A stretch of DNA of 64,000 nt, taken from the IMG/VR virus record IMGVR_UViG_3300022925_002539, positions 1-64,000 of that record; one strand, given 5' to 3'. Each line of letters starts with the position of its first letter. Positions within the stretch are counted from its first letter, which is position 1. The translations under genes and the position numbers were made by a program. Under the pieces are notes generated by a model. The model made no database searches and was not told the origin of the DNA. It saw only the letters and a list, made by a program, of their open reading frames with translations. This stretch comes from a virus. Below, piece by piece: positions 9,370 to 18,355 of this stretch.

Positions 9370-10485
9370 ATGGACAAGTTGCAACAGGTGTTTGAGCAGG
9401 AGTTCAATACACAAGTCAAACGTCTTATTGACGAAGCATTAGAAAACATTGATATAAGTGCCGAAGTAAACCATACAGTACAGGAACGGTTAGATAGCGG
9501 CTCTTTTCAAGATTACATTAATAGCACACTAAGACAACATGTAAACCAGATTAATATTACAGGCCCTGCACTAAAAAAGTTAGAAGAAAATGGCAATGTA
9601 TTAATACAACAAAACATGCCTAGAGTTATTCAAGTAATAACTGATAGAATTGATGCAGTTATGAGTGATGTTGTTAATCAAAAACTAAGAGACATACAAT
9701 TTCCAGAACGTAGCATAGATCCAAAGTTAATTGATACACGGAAGTTAAAAATTAAAAGAGAAAACATTGAGGATTTTGGTAATACTGCAGGTATAGAAGA
9801 CATTGCAGACAATGTACAACTTACCATTATGAATGATGCAGTTGTTATTGAGAACAAAATTATTACAAACCAAATCAATACAAATTCTATCGTTACAGAC
9901 AATTTAGTTACTAAAGACATAGACAAAACTCAACCCTGGGTTTCAGCTCTTAAAAAAGATTTCATAGAAAGTATCCCTAAACCTGTTGCTCCTAAAGACT
10001 GGAGTTTTAAAGTTGCAGAAATGGAAGCACGTATCAAAGTAAATGAAGAGCGTGGCGGGCATTTAAAACAACTAGAAGTTAGTGGCGAAGCATTGCTTAG
10101 TGATGTACTATATACAACTCCGGGTAATAATCGTGTGGGTATTAATACACTAGAGCCTAGTGATGCACTTACTGTATGGGATCAAGAAGCAGAAGTAGTA
10201 ATAGGAAAACACAAAAAACAAGAAGGATATATAGGAACACGCCGCAGACAGAGTATAAACATAGGTGCTAATAATAAAGTTGGTATTACTGTTAATAGTG
10301 AAGGAACAGTAATTATAGATAAACTACAACTACAGGGTAAAATTATATCTAGTAGCCGTGATTTTCCTAATCATGCAAGTAAACAGGGTGATATAGTTTT
10401 CAATACTAATCCTCAAGTAGGCAAATACATTGGATGGGTTTGTTTGGATGGAATACGTTGGGCTGGATTTGGTAAAATAGAATAA
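9370..10485 (+). CDS. putative virion structural protein
   Basis: TAAATA at 9337; RVGINT repeat; C-terminal GDIVFN..P..G.YIGWVC tail-fibre-like motif. Confidence 0.55.
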   Translation: MDKLQQVFEQEFNTQVKRLIDEALENIDISAEVNHTVQERLDSGSFQDYINSTLRQHVNQINITGPALKKLEENGNVLIQQNMPRVIQVITDRIDAVMSDVVNQKLRDIQFPERSIDPKLIDTRKLKIKRENIEDFGNTAGIEDIADNVQLTIMNDAVVIENKIITNQINTNSIVTDNLVTKDIDKTQPWVSALKKDFIESIPKPVAPKDWSFKVAEMEARIKVNEERGGHLKQLEVSGEALLSDVLYTTPGNNRVGINTLEPSDALTVWDQEAEVVIGKHKKQEGYIGTRRRQSINIGANNKVGITVNSEGTVIIDKLQLQGKIISSSRDFPNHASKQGDIVFNTNPQVGKYIGWVCLDGIRWAGFGKIE

Positions 10486-11108
10486 TGAAAATTGTTTTCT
10501 GTATAGGTAATGGTGAAAGTCGTGCAGGTTTTAATTTAGCAAAGTTAAAACAATATGGAGAGCTATACGGAGCCAATGCAGTTTTTAGAGATACAGAAGT
10601 AGATCATTTAATATGTTGTGATAGACGTATGGCTATGGAAACAGTAAGCAAAGGTTATAAAGGTTTAGTCTATACACGCAAAGATTGGTACAGTTTCTTT
10701 CCTTATGATAACTTTAGACAACTACCAGAACTGCCCTGGGAAGAAAAAGAAAAGCATACACAAAGTTTCCATATGGGCAGTGGATTACATGCAGTAAATG
10801 TTGCACTACAACACAAACCTAATATTATTATTGTCATAGGACATGACTTTTGGAGTAGTGGATCTAAACATAATAATCTATATAAAGGCACAGAAAACTA
10901 TGCAGATGTAATTGCTCCTGCAGTAGATCCTAGTTTTTGGATAAAACAGTTTGTAATGTTTTTTCAAAAATATACTACTACACAGTTTGTATTTTGCCAG
11001 CCAAATATAGGTAATTGGCAAAAACCTATGGGTTGGAGTAATGAGGTATTCCCAAATTTACAATTTCAAGAATTAGGAGAATTGATAGATGTACTTAATC
11101 AGTCATAG
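10485..11108 (+). CDS. Maf/MptE-like Rossmannoid protein
   Basis: IGNGESR, YGANA..RD, SG..A, IG.DF motifs. Confidence 0.5.
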   Translation: MKIVFCIGNGESRAGFNLAKLKQYGELYGANAVFRDTEVDHLICCDRRMAMETVSKGYKGLVYTRKDWYSFFPYDNFRQLPELPWEEKEKHTQSFHMGSGLHAVNVALQHKPNIIIVIGHDFWSSGSKHNNLYKGTENYADVIAPAVDPSFWIKQFVMFFQKYTTTQFVFCQPNIGNWQKPMGWSNEVFPNLQFQELGELIDVLNQS

Positions 11109-11517
11109 AGGGAACATTGAGGGAAGAGATCCTGAAAGGGAAAATAATCAAGGGTACATAATTGAAGCAATTAAATCTGGCTATTATTGTGAAGTAGATA
11201 TATGGGGAAAAGTAAACGGAGAACTTTGGTTAGGGCATGATGCTCCACAATATAAAACAGATAGTCGTTTTTTAAATCATCCTAAAATAGTTGTGCATTG
11301 TAAAAATAAGTTAGCAATTGATAATTTAAATGGTTGGGGTATACATTGGTTTTGGCATCAGGATGATGATTACACAATTACAAGTCAAGGCTGGACCTGG
11401 GCTTATCCTGGTAAACCTAACGCAGGTCATAATTGTATTGCAGTCATGCCAGCAACACATTTAGATGTAAGTGAATATGCAGGTGTATGTAGTGATTATA
11501 TCGGACAATATAAATGA
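11089..11517 (+). CDS. glycerophosphodiester phosphodiesterase-like protein
   Basis: ISHRGN, EN, CEVDIW, LGHD, HCKN, GVCSD. Confidence 0.7.
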   Translation: MYLISHRGNIEGRDPERENNQGYIIEAIKSGYYCEVDIWGKVNGELWLGHDAPQYKTDSRFLNHPKIVVHCKNKLAIDNLNGWGIHWFWHQDDDYTITSQGWTWAYPGKPNAGHNCIAVMPATHLDVSEYAGVCSDYIGQYK

Positions 11518-12887
11518 TTAAATTAGTCATATTTGACTTAGATGGTGTCCTTATAGATAGCAAGCAGATTCATTACGAAGCTCTTAACCGTGCTTTGGGT
11601 GATGAGTATGCCATTAGTATAGAAGAACATTTAGCAAACTATGATGGTTTGCCTACCAGGTCCAAATTAAATATGCTATCAGAACGTAAAGGCTTGCCCA
11701 CGGATCGTCATGCGTCAATCGCCAGGGCCAAACAAAAGGCAACAGTTGATATACTAAAAGAGACTGTTGAACCTCGAGACGATTTTACGGACATGTGTCG
11801 CGAGTTGAAAGACAGAGGTTATACACTAGCCTGTGCAAGCAATGCAGTTCGCGACACAGTAAAAATGAGTTTGCTTAAATTAAACCTTATAGAATATTTT
11901 GATTTTTGGTATAGTAATGAAGATGTTGAAAAACCTAAACCACACTTTGAAATGTATTTTAAATGTATGCTTACTGCAAACTGTAAGCCTAGCGAAACAC
12001 TTATAATAGAAGACAGTCATATAGGTAGACAAGCAGTATTAGATAGTGGTGCAAATTTACTAGCAGTAGAGGATACTAAAGATATTTACTTGAGCAAAGT
12101 GCTAGATGCTATAGAAGAATATGAAGAACCTAAACGTAATATACCATGGAAGAGTAAAAAAATGAATGTACTAATACCAATGGCAGGTGCAGGAAGTAGA
12201 TTTGCTGAACAAGGATACACATTTCCTAAACCTCTTATAGAAGTAGGTAATAAGCCTATGATACAAGTTGTAGTAGACAATTTAAATATTGAAGCAAACT
12301 ACATTTTTATAGTGCAAAAAGAACATTACGAAAAGTATAATTTAGAAACAGTTTTAAATCTAGTAAAACCTGATTGTACCATTGTACAAGTTGAAGGTGT
12401 AACTGAAGGCGCTGCCTGTACAACGCTTTTAGCAAAGGAGTATATAGACAATGAAGACCCGCTCATCATCGCGAACTCGGACCAATTCGTCGAATGGAAC
12501 TCAAACGAAGTCCTTTATGCATTTTCAACAGAGGGCGTGGGAGGTGGCATCCTCACGTTTGAAAGCACACATCCAAAATGGAGTTATGCACGTACAGACC
12601 AAAATGGATGGGTTACCCAAGTTGCTGAAAAACAACCTATTTCGATTAACGCCACTGTTGGTATCTATTATTGGGCACGTGGTTGTGATTACGTTAGTTC
12701 TGCACTTCAGATGATTGATAAGAACATTAGAACTAATAACGAATTTTATGTATGTCCTGTGTTTAATGAATTTATACAAGGTGGAGGTAAAGTAAGGATT
12801 AAGCATATTAATCCAGAAGGAATGTGGGGATTAGGTACACCTGAAGATCTTACACATTTTTTAGCCAATTATAGTGGAACTTATTAA
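11514..12887 (+). CDS. HAD phosphatase / sugar-phosphate nucleotidyltransferase fusion
   Basis: N-terminal FDLDGVL, KP.P, IIEDS; C-terminal IPMAGAGSRF...PKPLI, IANSDQ, GLGTPEDL. Confidence 0.85.
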   Translation: MIKLVIFDLDGVLIDSKQIHYEALNRALGDEYAISIEEHLANYDGLPTRSKLNMLSERKGLPTDRHASIARAKQKATVDILKETVEPRDDFTDMCRELKDRGYTLACASNAVRDTVKMSLLKLNLIEYFDFWYSNEDVEKPKPHFEMYFKCMLTANCKPSETLIIEDSHIGRQAVLDSGANLLAVEDTKDIYLSKVLDAIEEYEEPKRNIPWKSKKMNVLIPMAGAGSRFAEQGYTFPKPLIEVGNKPMIQVVVDNLNIEANYIFIVQKEHYEKYNLETVLNLVKPDCTIVQVEGVTEGAACTTLLAKEYIDNEDPLIIANSDQFVEWNSNEVLYAFSTEGVGGGILTFESTHPKWSYARTDQNGWVTQVAEKQPISINATVGIYYWARGCDYVSSALQMIDKNIRTNNEFYVCPVFNEFIQGGGKVRIKHINPEGMWGLGTPEDLTHFLANYSGTY

Positions 12888-13417
12888 TTTGCTAACGGAT
12901 TGTCTAATGCCCGTTGTATTTTACGCATAAGTCTATCTTCTAGTTCTTTAGTATCACGATTCACTGTTTCTCTCAAACTATCTCTTTTAGTTTCAAATCT
13001 ACTTTCGGCATCAGTTATCATGTTACGGACATCGTCCACACTTTTACGAACCATGTCTTCTGTTCTGTCTGCTTGTTGTTCAATACGTAGTATATCATCA
13101 CGCAACCCGCCTTTGATGTCACGTGTATATTCTACAGTGTCTTCCATTTTGGATTCCATGATTTGCATACGTTTGTCATATGCATTGATTTTTGCTTCGT
13201 ATTCTTCTTGTTGTTCTACAAATTCTATAGCCTGTTCTACTTTTTGATACATTAAAAAGCCACCATACAATGCACCAAGTACACTACCAATAACTGCAAT
13301 AAGAGCAGATATTGACATAAAACTAACTTTGAAGCCAAGGATACGGAACTGTTTATTCTTTAAGTTCTCTATACCTTCTTCCATGTTTTCAATTTCTTCA
13401 CCTAAATCTTTTGCCAT
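12884..13417 (-). CDS. single-TM coiled-coil membrane protein
   Basis: TM segment near residues 32-56, then a long heptad region. Confidence 0.7.
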   Translation of the reverse strand: MAKDLGEEIENMEEGIENLKNKQFRILGFKVSFMSISALIAVIGSVLGALYGGFLMYQKVEQAIEFVEQQEEYEAKINAYDKRMQIMESKMEDTVEYTRDIKGGLRDDILRIEQQADRTEDMVRKSVDDVRNMITDAESRFETKRDSLRETVNRDTKELEDRLMRKIQRALDNPLAN

Positions 13418-13418
13418 G

Positions 13419-13850
13419 TTATTTCTCCAAACCTTGTTTAGATTGGCTTTGTAATTCTCTTAACTTTTTAAGTTCTTGCTCTAATTTTAAAACTTCCAAT
13501 CTTTTCTTCTTTAATTCTAATTGATAGAGTGTGTTACAGTTAATACGTTCTTTAGGACCGTCAAGCGGTATTGTGATTCTTGCATATACTCCAACATCCT
13601 TAGTACTGTTGCCTATAGTTGTATTGTCGTCAAAAGGACTTTGATAGTTGTCTATTATACCAGTCACACCAAATTCCAAATTGGTACTACCACCAATAGC
13701 ATTTTGGCAATCTAAATCGCCTGCTTTAAATTTATCGCTAGAATAATTACCCGATGCGTTTGGTAATTGAAGATTTAATGAACTGCTATTGGCGAATGCT
13801 GTGCTAGATAAAACTGTAAGTGTTAGTGTTGTAAATACAAATTTTTTCAT
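13419..13850 (-). CDS. exported protein, beta-hairpin plus coiled coil
   Basis: Signal peptide ending AFA; two Cys; GVYARITIPL amphipathic strand. Confidence 0.7.
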   Translation of the reverse strand: MKKFVFTTLTLTVLSSTAFANSSSLNLQLPNASGNYSSDKFKAGDLDCQNAIGGSTNLEFGVTGIIDNYQSPFDDNTTIGNSTKDVGVYARITIPLDGPKERINCNTLYQLELKKKRLEVLKLEQELKKLRELQSQSKQGLEK

Positions 13851-13852
13851 AC

Positions 13853-14236
13853 CTATTCATGCTTGAATCTAGAACATATTTTAGATGATATACTTGAAGA
13901 TTTTAAATCCTCATTCCTCATCTTTGACCTACTACATACGTATTCAGCATTGTATTTGTCAACTTCTCTAATATAAACATCTACTTCTGCACGTTCCAAA
14001 TATTTTATATTCAATATTGTATATTGAGATACAAATGGAATAGGTCTCCAGTCTTTATCGAACACTCCTATCTCATAATATTCAACATCATTCCTTTTAT
14101 TGAAAATTTGCATACGGGTGACAATTAAATCATCCATATATGCATAACTCCATTTAGGATAAGTTGGAGTCATCTCATGACTAAAAGCACCATGAGAAAA
14201 CAGAATCAACCATAATGTTATAAAATATTTATACAT
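13853..14236 (-). CDS. exported PapD/fimbrial-chaperone-like protein
   Basis: Signal peptide then HEMTPTY; beta-rich; paired Cys. Confidence 0.5.
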   Translation of the reverse strand: MYKYFITLWLILFSHGAFSHEMTPTYPKWSYAYMDDLIVTRMQIFNKRNDVEYYEIGVFDKDWRPIPFVSQYTILNIKYLERAEVDVYIREVDKYNAEYVCSRSKMRNEDLKSSSISSKICSRFKHE

Positions 14237-14740
14237 TTACTTTGCTACACACACCGCTTCAATTGTTGCTGAATAGTTACCACCTGGAAATGCTTTGTTT
14301 CCACCATTTGTAGCAACCGAAGTAGACTTAAACCATGTAGAACCAGTTGCGGTTAGATCAAACTGTGTAGTTTGTCCAGATACTGTCTTTGCACTTTCAT
14401 AACCTGCCATGCCTGTTGCATCACTTACGCTACTAACTTCTGTAGAGCCTGTCCATGATACTGTATCATTAAGTGACGGGCTAGTACTAAATGAAGTTGG
14501 TGTAGTAATTTGTGCATAATAAGCATCAGCCAATGTTACATCATATCTTACAATAGGCTGTACACCACCGTCGGCGGCAGCTGTTGTTAGTGTATAAGCA
14601 TTTGGGTTTCCATATGTACCTGGTGTATCAGTTGTTATTACACAACGTGATTGCACAGTTCCACTTATTGGTACATCAACAGCTTGTGCTGATAATGTGA
14701 ATAAACTCATAGCAACTATTATACTTGCCTTTTTGAGCAT
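14237..14740 (-). CDS. exported fimbrial-subunit-like protein
   Basis: Signal peptide ending AQA; ISGTVQSRC N-terminus; PGGNYSATIEAVC C-terminal strand. Confidence 0.6.
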   Translation of the reverse strand: MLKKASIIVAMSLFTLSAQAVDVPISGTVQSRCVITTDTPGTYGNPNAYTLTTAAADGGVQPIVRYDVTLADAYYAQITTPTSFSTSPSLNDTVSWTGSTEVSSVSDATGMAGYESAKTVSGQTTQFDLTATGSTWFKSTSVATNGGNKAFPGGNYSATIEAVCVAK

Positions 14741-14749
14741 TTTTCTCTC

Positions 14750-15643
14750 CTATTTGTATTGCTGAGAAATCATTTTCTCATGCAATATCTGTTGTGCTAA
14801 GCCGTTTCTCAACCCGGCTTTGCTATCTGGTAGTTTAGCATCTACCAATCTAATTGTTTCTTTGTACTGACCACCTGGTATAGTTGCGGCAAGATACGTA
14901 TTATTAATCTGATTTTGCATAATATTATTCATTTGTTCTATTCTTTGATTTTCTGCAAAAAGTGCTGCAGTATCAGATGCTGACATTAATTTTTCTAATC
15001 TATACTTTCTCTTCTTTTCTTCAGCTTCTTCTTTTTCTTTTTCTTCTTCCTCAGCTAGTCTTTCTTCATTTTCTTCTATAGATAATTTTTCCTCATCGTT
15101 TAAATTAACAAACTCATCTTTTGTAGCATCATATAAATCATCTAGATTAACTGTAGGTACAACAGGCACTGGTGTCTTATACCCTGGACAACTTGGACTA
15201 AATTGTGGGTCATAACAAGGATCAACTTTGTAACTGTAGATAACACTCGCATCATCTACAGTACCTGTACCCTCTACTTCTATAGAACCATCTCCCCATG
15301 CTTCTCTAGGGATATCACCTATTCCAATAACCTTTCTAACTTCTATTCCTCCTGGTGCACCTGACCAGTCTTCTGTATCTCTAAAAACATATCCAGTACC
15401 GTTTGCATTTTTATTTTGTACATGAACTTTCATATCATCTTCAGGATTTTTATTTGCAGTGTATCTATAAAATACTCCATTAATATCTAAGCCAGGTGGT
15501 GCAGGTAGTACATCTTTCATACTCCAACTGTGTCCGCTTTGAGCAGCATTACCAGTCGTACCATAATATGGTGCAATGTTATCAGAGTAACAATAGTAGG
15601 GATAAAATCCCACCAATACTCCAAGTAGCAGCTTTTTTAACAT
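14750..15643 (-). CDS. exported protein with DPC.DP..SP.CPGY motif and acidic coiled coil
   Basis: Hydrophobic N-terminus, beta-rich domain, Cys motif, E/K-rich linker. Confidence 0.65.
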   Translation of the reverse strand: MLKKLLLGVLVGFYPYYCYSDNIAPYYGTTGNAAQSGHSWSMKDVLPAPPGLDINGVFYRYTANKNPEDDMKVHVQNKNANGTGYVFRDTEDWSGAPGGIEVRKVIGIGDIPREAWGDGSIEVEGTGTVDDASVIYSYKVDPCYDPQFSPSCPGYKTPVPVVPTVNLDDLYDATKDEFVNLNDEEKLSIEENEERLAEEEEKEKEEAEEKKRKYRLEKLMSASDTAALFAENQRIEQMNNIMQNQINNTYLAATIPGGQYKETIRLVDAKLPDSKAGLRNGLAQQILHEKMISQQYK

Positions 15644-16127
15644 CTACTTGTTCTTCCTTACCGTTCTTTTCATGTTTCTTTTTATCTTCGTGTGATTCCC
15701 AACCAATCTTGGCTGCCTCTCCAATTTTACCTTCATAAGGACATGGTGTACCTGCCATCATCATAGCATCAAATACTTTCTTATCCTGACACATTACACT
15801 AACTGCAGCAACTTTCATGCCCATGTCATATAGTGTCTTTGCATTTTTTAATCTTATACAGTTGTCTTCTGTAAATGTAGTACCTGCACTTATACCTAAT
15901 ATCTGTGTTTGTACTGCACCGGCAACACCAATTGTACATAAATCACTATTACTGCCACTACTAAACTGCGGACTAATAGCACTCGGTGGTGGTGATTTTA
16001 CAGTTGTTTCCATATTTCCTTCAGTAATAATTTTACTGTTCGTTGTGCTTTCTGTTACTATTGTTTCTGCATTAGCCATGCCAATGAAGAATACAGCTAG
16101 GCTGTAAATAAATATTTTTCTAATCAT
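15582..16127 (-). CDS. exported Cys-containing protein with C-terminal anchor
   Basis: Signal peptide ending ANA; PPPSAISP; NC.RLK..K.L..MGMKVAAVSVMCQD...AGTPCP; hydrophobic C-terminus. Confidence 0.7.
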   Translation of the reverse strand: MIRKIFIYSLAVFFIGMANAETIVTESTTNSKIITEGNMETTVKSPPPSAISPQFSSGSNSDLCTIGVAGAVQTQILGISAGTTFTEDNCIRLKNAKTLYDMGMKVAAVSVMCQDKKVFDAMMMAGTPCPYEGKIGEAAKIGWESHEDKKKHEKNGKEEQVDVKKAATWSIGGILSLLLLL

Positions 16128-16238
16128 AGATTCTCTCTTTGTAAGACAATATTGTCATATGTAATAATATTTATGTAAGCCTCTCTTTTAATAAATTTAT
16201 ACAAATATTTATAGGTTGTTTGTCGTATTTTCCAGCGA

Positions 16239-16295
16239 TACAAAAAATTGACGGAACAATAATTTGTACCGATTTTTGGTACAAAAAATTGACGG
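16239..16295. repeat. 16-bp perfect direct repeat TACAAAAAATTGACGG x2
   Basis: Copies at 16239-16254 and 16280-16295; inverted repeat TTTGTACC/GGTACAAA at 16263-16285. Confidence 0.85.
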
Positions 16296-16304
16296 TTTGA
16301 TAGG

Positions 16305-16332
16305 TTGACATACCTAGTTTATATGCTATATT
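16305..16332 (+). promoter_or_regulatory. sigma70-like promoter of uvsE
   Basis: TTGACA-N16-TATATT, 6 nt before ATG 16339. Confidence 0.6.
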
Positions 16333-16338
16333 AAGTAT

Positions 16339-17394
16339 ATGTTTGATAACAGTATACATCGTATTGGGTTTGCATGTAAGTATTTTCATCCAGACCGTAC
16401 ACTAAAGAAAAAACAGTTAGAAGAAATAGAACGTCCACTTAATGAACGTACTACAACTATTACATGGCTTAACAGACAGACTAAAGAAGTTGCAGAACAA
16501 CGTTTGTGGGATATTATGCAACACAATATTAAAAGTGTTGAAAGACTAATTACTTACGTAGGGAGTTTACCTAATGAGTTACGAATGGTTCGATTGGGCA
16601 GTAGCATATTGCCTGCTTACACTGAGTCTAGTTGGAGTTACTATTGGCAGTTACCTGATGTACGCCAGTATCTCGAAACACATCTTGCACCTGTCGGGGA
16701 TAAAGCTCGTGCTCTTGATGTACGGATTAGTATGCACCCTGGTCAGTTTACTGTGCTTGCAAGCGATAATCCAGATATTGTTGATAGGAGCATAGAAGAA
16801 TATGAATATCACACCGATGTCCTCAGGTACATGGGATATGGCAAGTCCTTCCAGGACGCCAAATGCAACGTACATATCGCAGGTAGAAAAGGTCCACAAG
16901 GCATCATTTCAATCCTCCCAAGACTTTCTCCGGAATCGAGAAATGTCCTTACAATCGAGAATGATGAGAATTCATGGGGACTGGATGCGAGTCTCGAACT
17001 TACGGAACACTGTGCCCTCGTTCTCGATATACACCACCACTGGGTTAAAACGGGTGAATACATCTCGCCCCTGGACGAAAGAGTATCTCGCATAAAAGAC
17101 AGTTGGCGAGGTGTAAGGCCTGTCATACATTACAGTGTCAGCAGAGAAGATTACCTAGTTGATCATTGTTCAATAACAAAACCTAATTACAATACTCTAC
17201 TTGAAGACAATTACAAAAAAGCTAAACTAAGAGCCCACAGTGACATGTACTGGAATTCTGCAGTTAATGAATGGGCAATACAATTTAACAAAGAATTTGA
17301 CATTATGTGTGAAAGCAAGTTCAAACAAGTAGCATCAATTGACTTTTACAATCAAATGTACCAACAGAATATAAGTGCTAATTTATTTAAATAG
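16339..17394 (+). CDS. uvsE: UV-damage endonuclease (UVDE)
   Basis: RIGFAC, RISMHPGQFTVLAS, TIENDE, LVLDIHHH, HYS, RAHSD, MCESK. Confidence 0.92.
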   Translation: MFDNSIHRIGFACKYFHPDRTLKKKQLEEIERPLNERTTTITWLNRQTKEVAEQRLWDIMQHNIKSVERLITYVGSLPNELRMVRLGSSILPAYTESSWSYYWQLPDVRQYLETHLAPVGDKARALDVRISMHPGQFTVLASDNPDIVDRSIEEYEYHTDVLRYMGYGKSFQDAKCNVHIAGRKGPQGIISILPRLSPESRNVLTIENDENSWGLDASLELTEHCALVLDIHHHWVKTGEYISPLDERVSRIKDSWRGVRPVIHYSVSREDYLVDHCSITKPNYNTLLEDNYKKAKLRAHSDMYWNSAVNEWAIQFNKEFDIMCESKFKQVASIDFYNQMYQQNISANLFK

Positions 17395-17448
17395 TGTTGA
17401 GCGGCAAATCCGCCAAGACAAAACCGCTCAACAACTATAAGCGGTTTT
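17392..17448. terminator. Hairpin region between convergent genes with alternative pairings
   Basis: gttgagcgg/ccgctcaac stem, and a mutually exclusive aaaaccgct/agcggtttt stem. Confidence 0.55.
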
Positions 17449-17458
17449 CTATACTATT

Positions 17459-17692
17459 TTACTTTTTATTGTATATATGATATAGAATCCAAACTGCCAC
17501 TAGACCAATTAATCCCTGAGCTGAAAGTGCAGTGATTATACCTGTGATATTGTCTATGATAGTAATGTTTGGCCAAAACGGAATGTTTTGTCCACTAAAC
17601 AATACTTCTAGTACAATGCCTAGTGCTATAAGGCTAACACCAATTTCAGTTAGTGCTCCTGCCCATGTTTTTATGCTTTTTACGATATCCAT
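17459..17692 (-). CDS. two-TM small membrane protein
   Basis: MDIVKSIK...GL.GLVA.W..Y; AGGAG SD favours the second Met of the track ORF. Confidence 0.65.
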   Translation of the reverse strand: MDIVKSIKTWAGALTEIGVSLIALGIVLEVLFSGQNIPFWPNITIIDNITGIITALSAQGLIGLVAVWILYHIYNKK

Positions 17693-17810
17693 AATAGATC
17701 TCCTTCCTAGCAATTAAACGATTTTTAAAATCGTGTTTTATTTAGACTACAACTTTTCTTTATAAACATATGCTATATGGTTCTAGATACAAAAAATACA
17801 CATTTTCTGG

Positions 17811-17838
17811 TTGACACAATCCTATTATATGCTATTAT
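17811..17838 (+). promoter_or_regulatory. sigma70-like promoter
   Basis: TTGACA-N16-TATTAT with no credible ORF directly downstream. Confidence 0.55.
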
Positions 17839-17844
17839 AACTGT

Positions 17845-17967
17845 ATAAATTGATTCCGCAGGTAACGAAAGTTCGTGGATCGCCCATAGAGGTCTAGGTT
17901 CAAAAACATACACATAATAAAAAAGATTGCCTTACACACTTAAATGATAGAAGGTAATCTTTTTATT
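17845..17967 (+). ncRNA. candidate small RNA
   Basis: GAAA-tetraloop stem (17852-17881) and a long terminal hairpin (17916-17967), lying between two promoters. Confidence 0.4.
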
Positions 17968-17994
17968 GACATGGGTACAAAATTATTATATAAT
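17966..17994 (+). promoter_or_regulatory. sigma70 consensus promoter
   Basis: TTGACA-N17-TATAAT. Confidence 0.8.
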
Positions 17995-18028
17995 GTGCCT
18001 ATACATTTAAAAGACAGAAAGGAATATT

Positions 18029-18307
18029 ATGTCTAATACAAAAACTAAAATGACTAAACAAGCAAGAGTATTAAATGCTCTTAAAGATGGAAACCGATTA
18101 ACAAGTGCAGATATCCGTAATAAATTTAAAGCAGGAAATCCGCAGGCAGTTATCCAAGCATTACGTTTTGCTGGTAACCCAATTTACTTAAATGAAGTAA
18201 AGTCTACTACAGGTAGAAAGAGTATGAGATATACTTTAGGTACACCAAGCAGAAAAGTTATTGCTGCTGGTTACAAAGCTCTAGCTTCCAAGCAAGTTTC
18301 TTTATAA
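18029..18307 (+). CDS. winged-helix DNA-binding protein
   Basis: KQARVLNALKDG..LTS..I...F...NP..VI..LR..G..IYLN...Y.LGTPSR. Confidence 0.7.
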   Translation: MSNTKTKMTKQARVLNALKDGNRLTSADIRNKFKAGNPQAVIQALRFAGNPIYLNEVKSTTGRKSMRYTLGTPSRKVIAAGYKALASKQVSL

Positions 18308-18313
18308 AACTAT

Positions 18314-18341
18314 AAGAGAGGACAGAAATGTCCTCTCTTTT
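18314..18341 (+). terminator. Rho-independent terminator
   Basis: aagagaggaca-gaaa-tgtcctctctt-tt. Confidence 0.85.
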
Positions 18342-18355
18342 CATTTGAGGATTTG

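Noticed and set aside
16254-16269. Alphaproteobacterial LexA box upstream of uvsE
   Set aside because: GAAC and GTAC are 8 nt apart rather than the required 7.
16171-16389. 72-aa minus-strand ORF
   Set aside because: Overlaps the uvsE promoter and start and the repeat region; no coding signal.
17852-17900. c-di-GMP-I riboswitch
   Set aside because: Has a GAAA tetraloop and GGTCTA but lacks the GCAAA/GACGCAAA core and tetraloop-receptor stem; kept only as a generic sRNA candidate.
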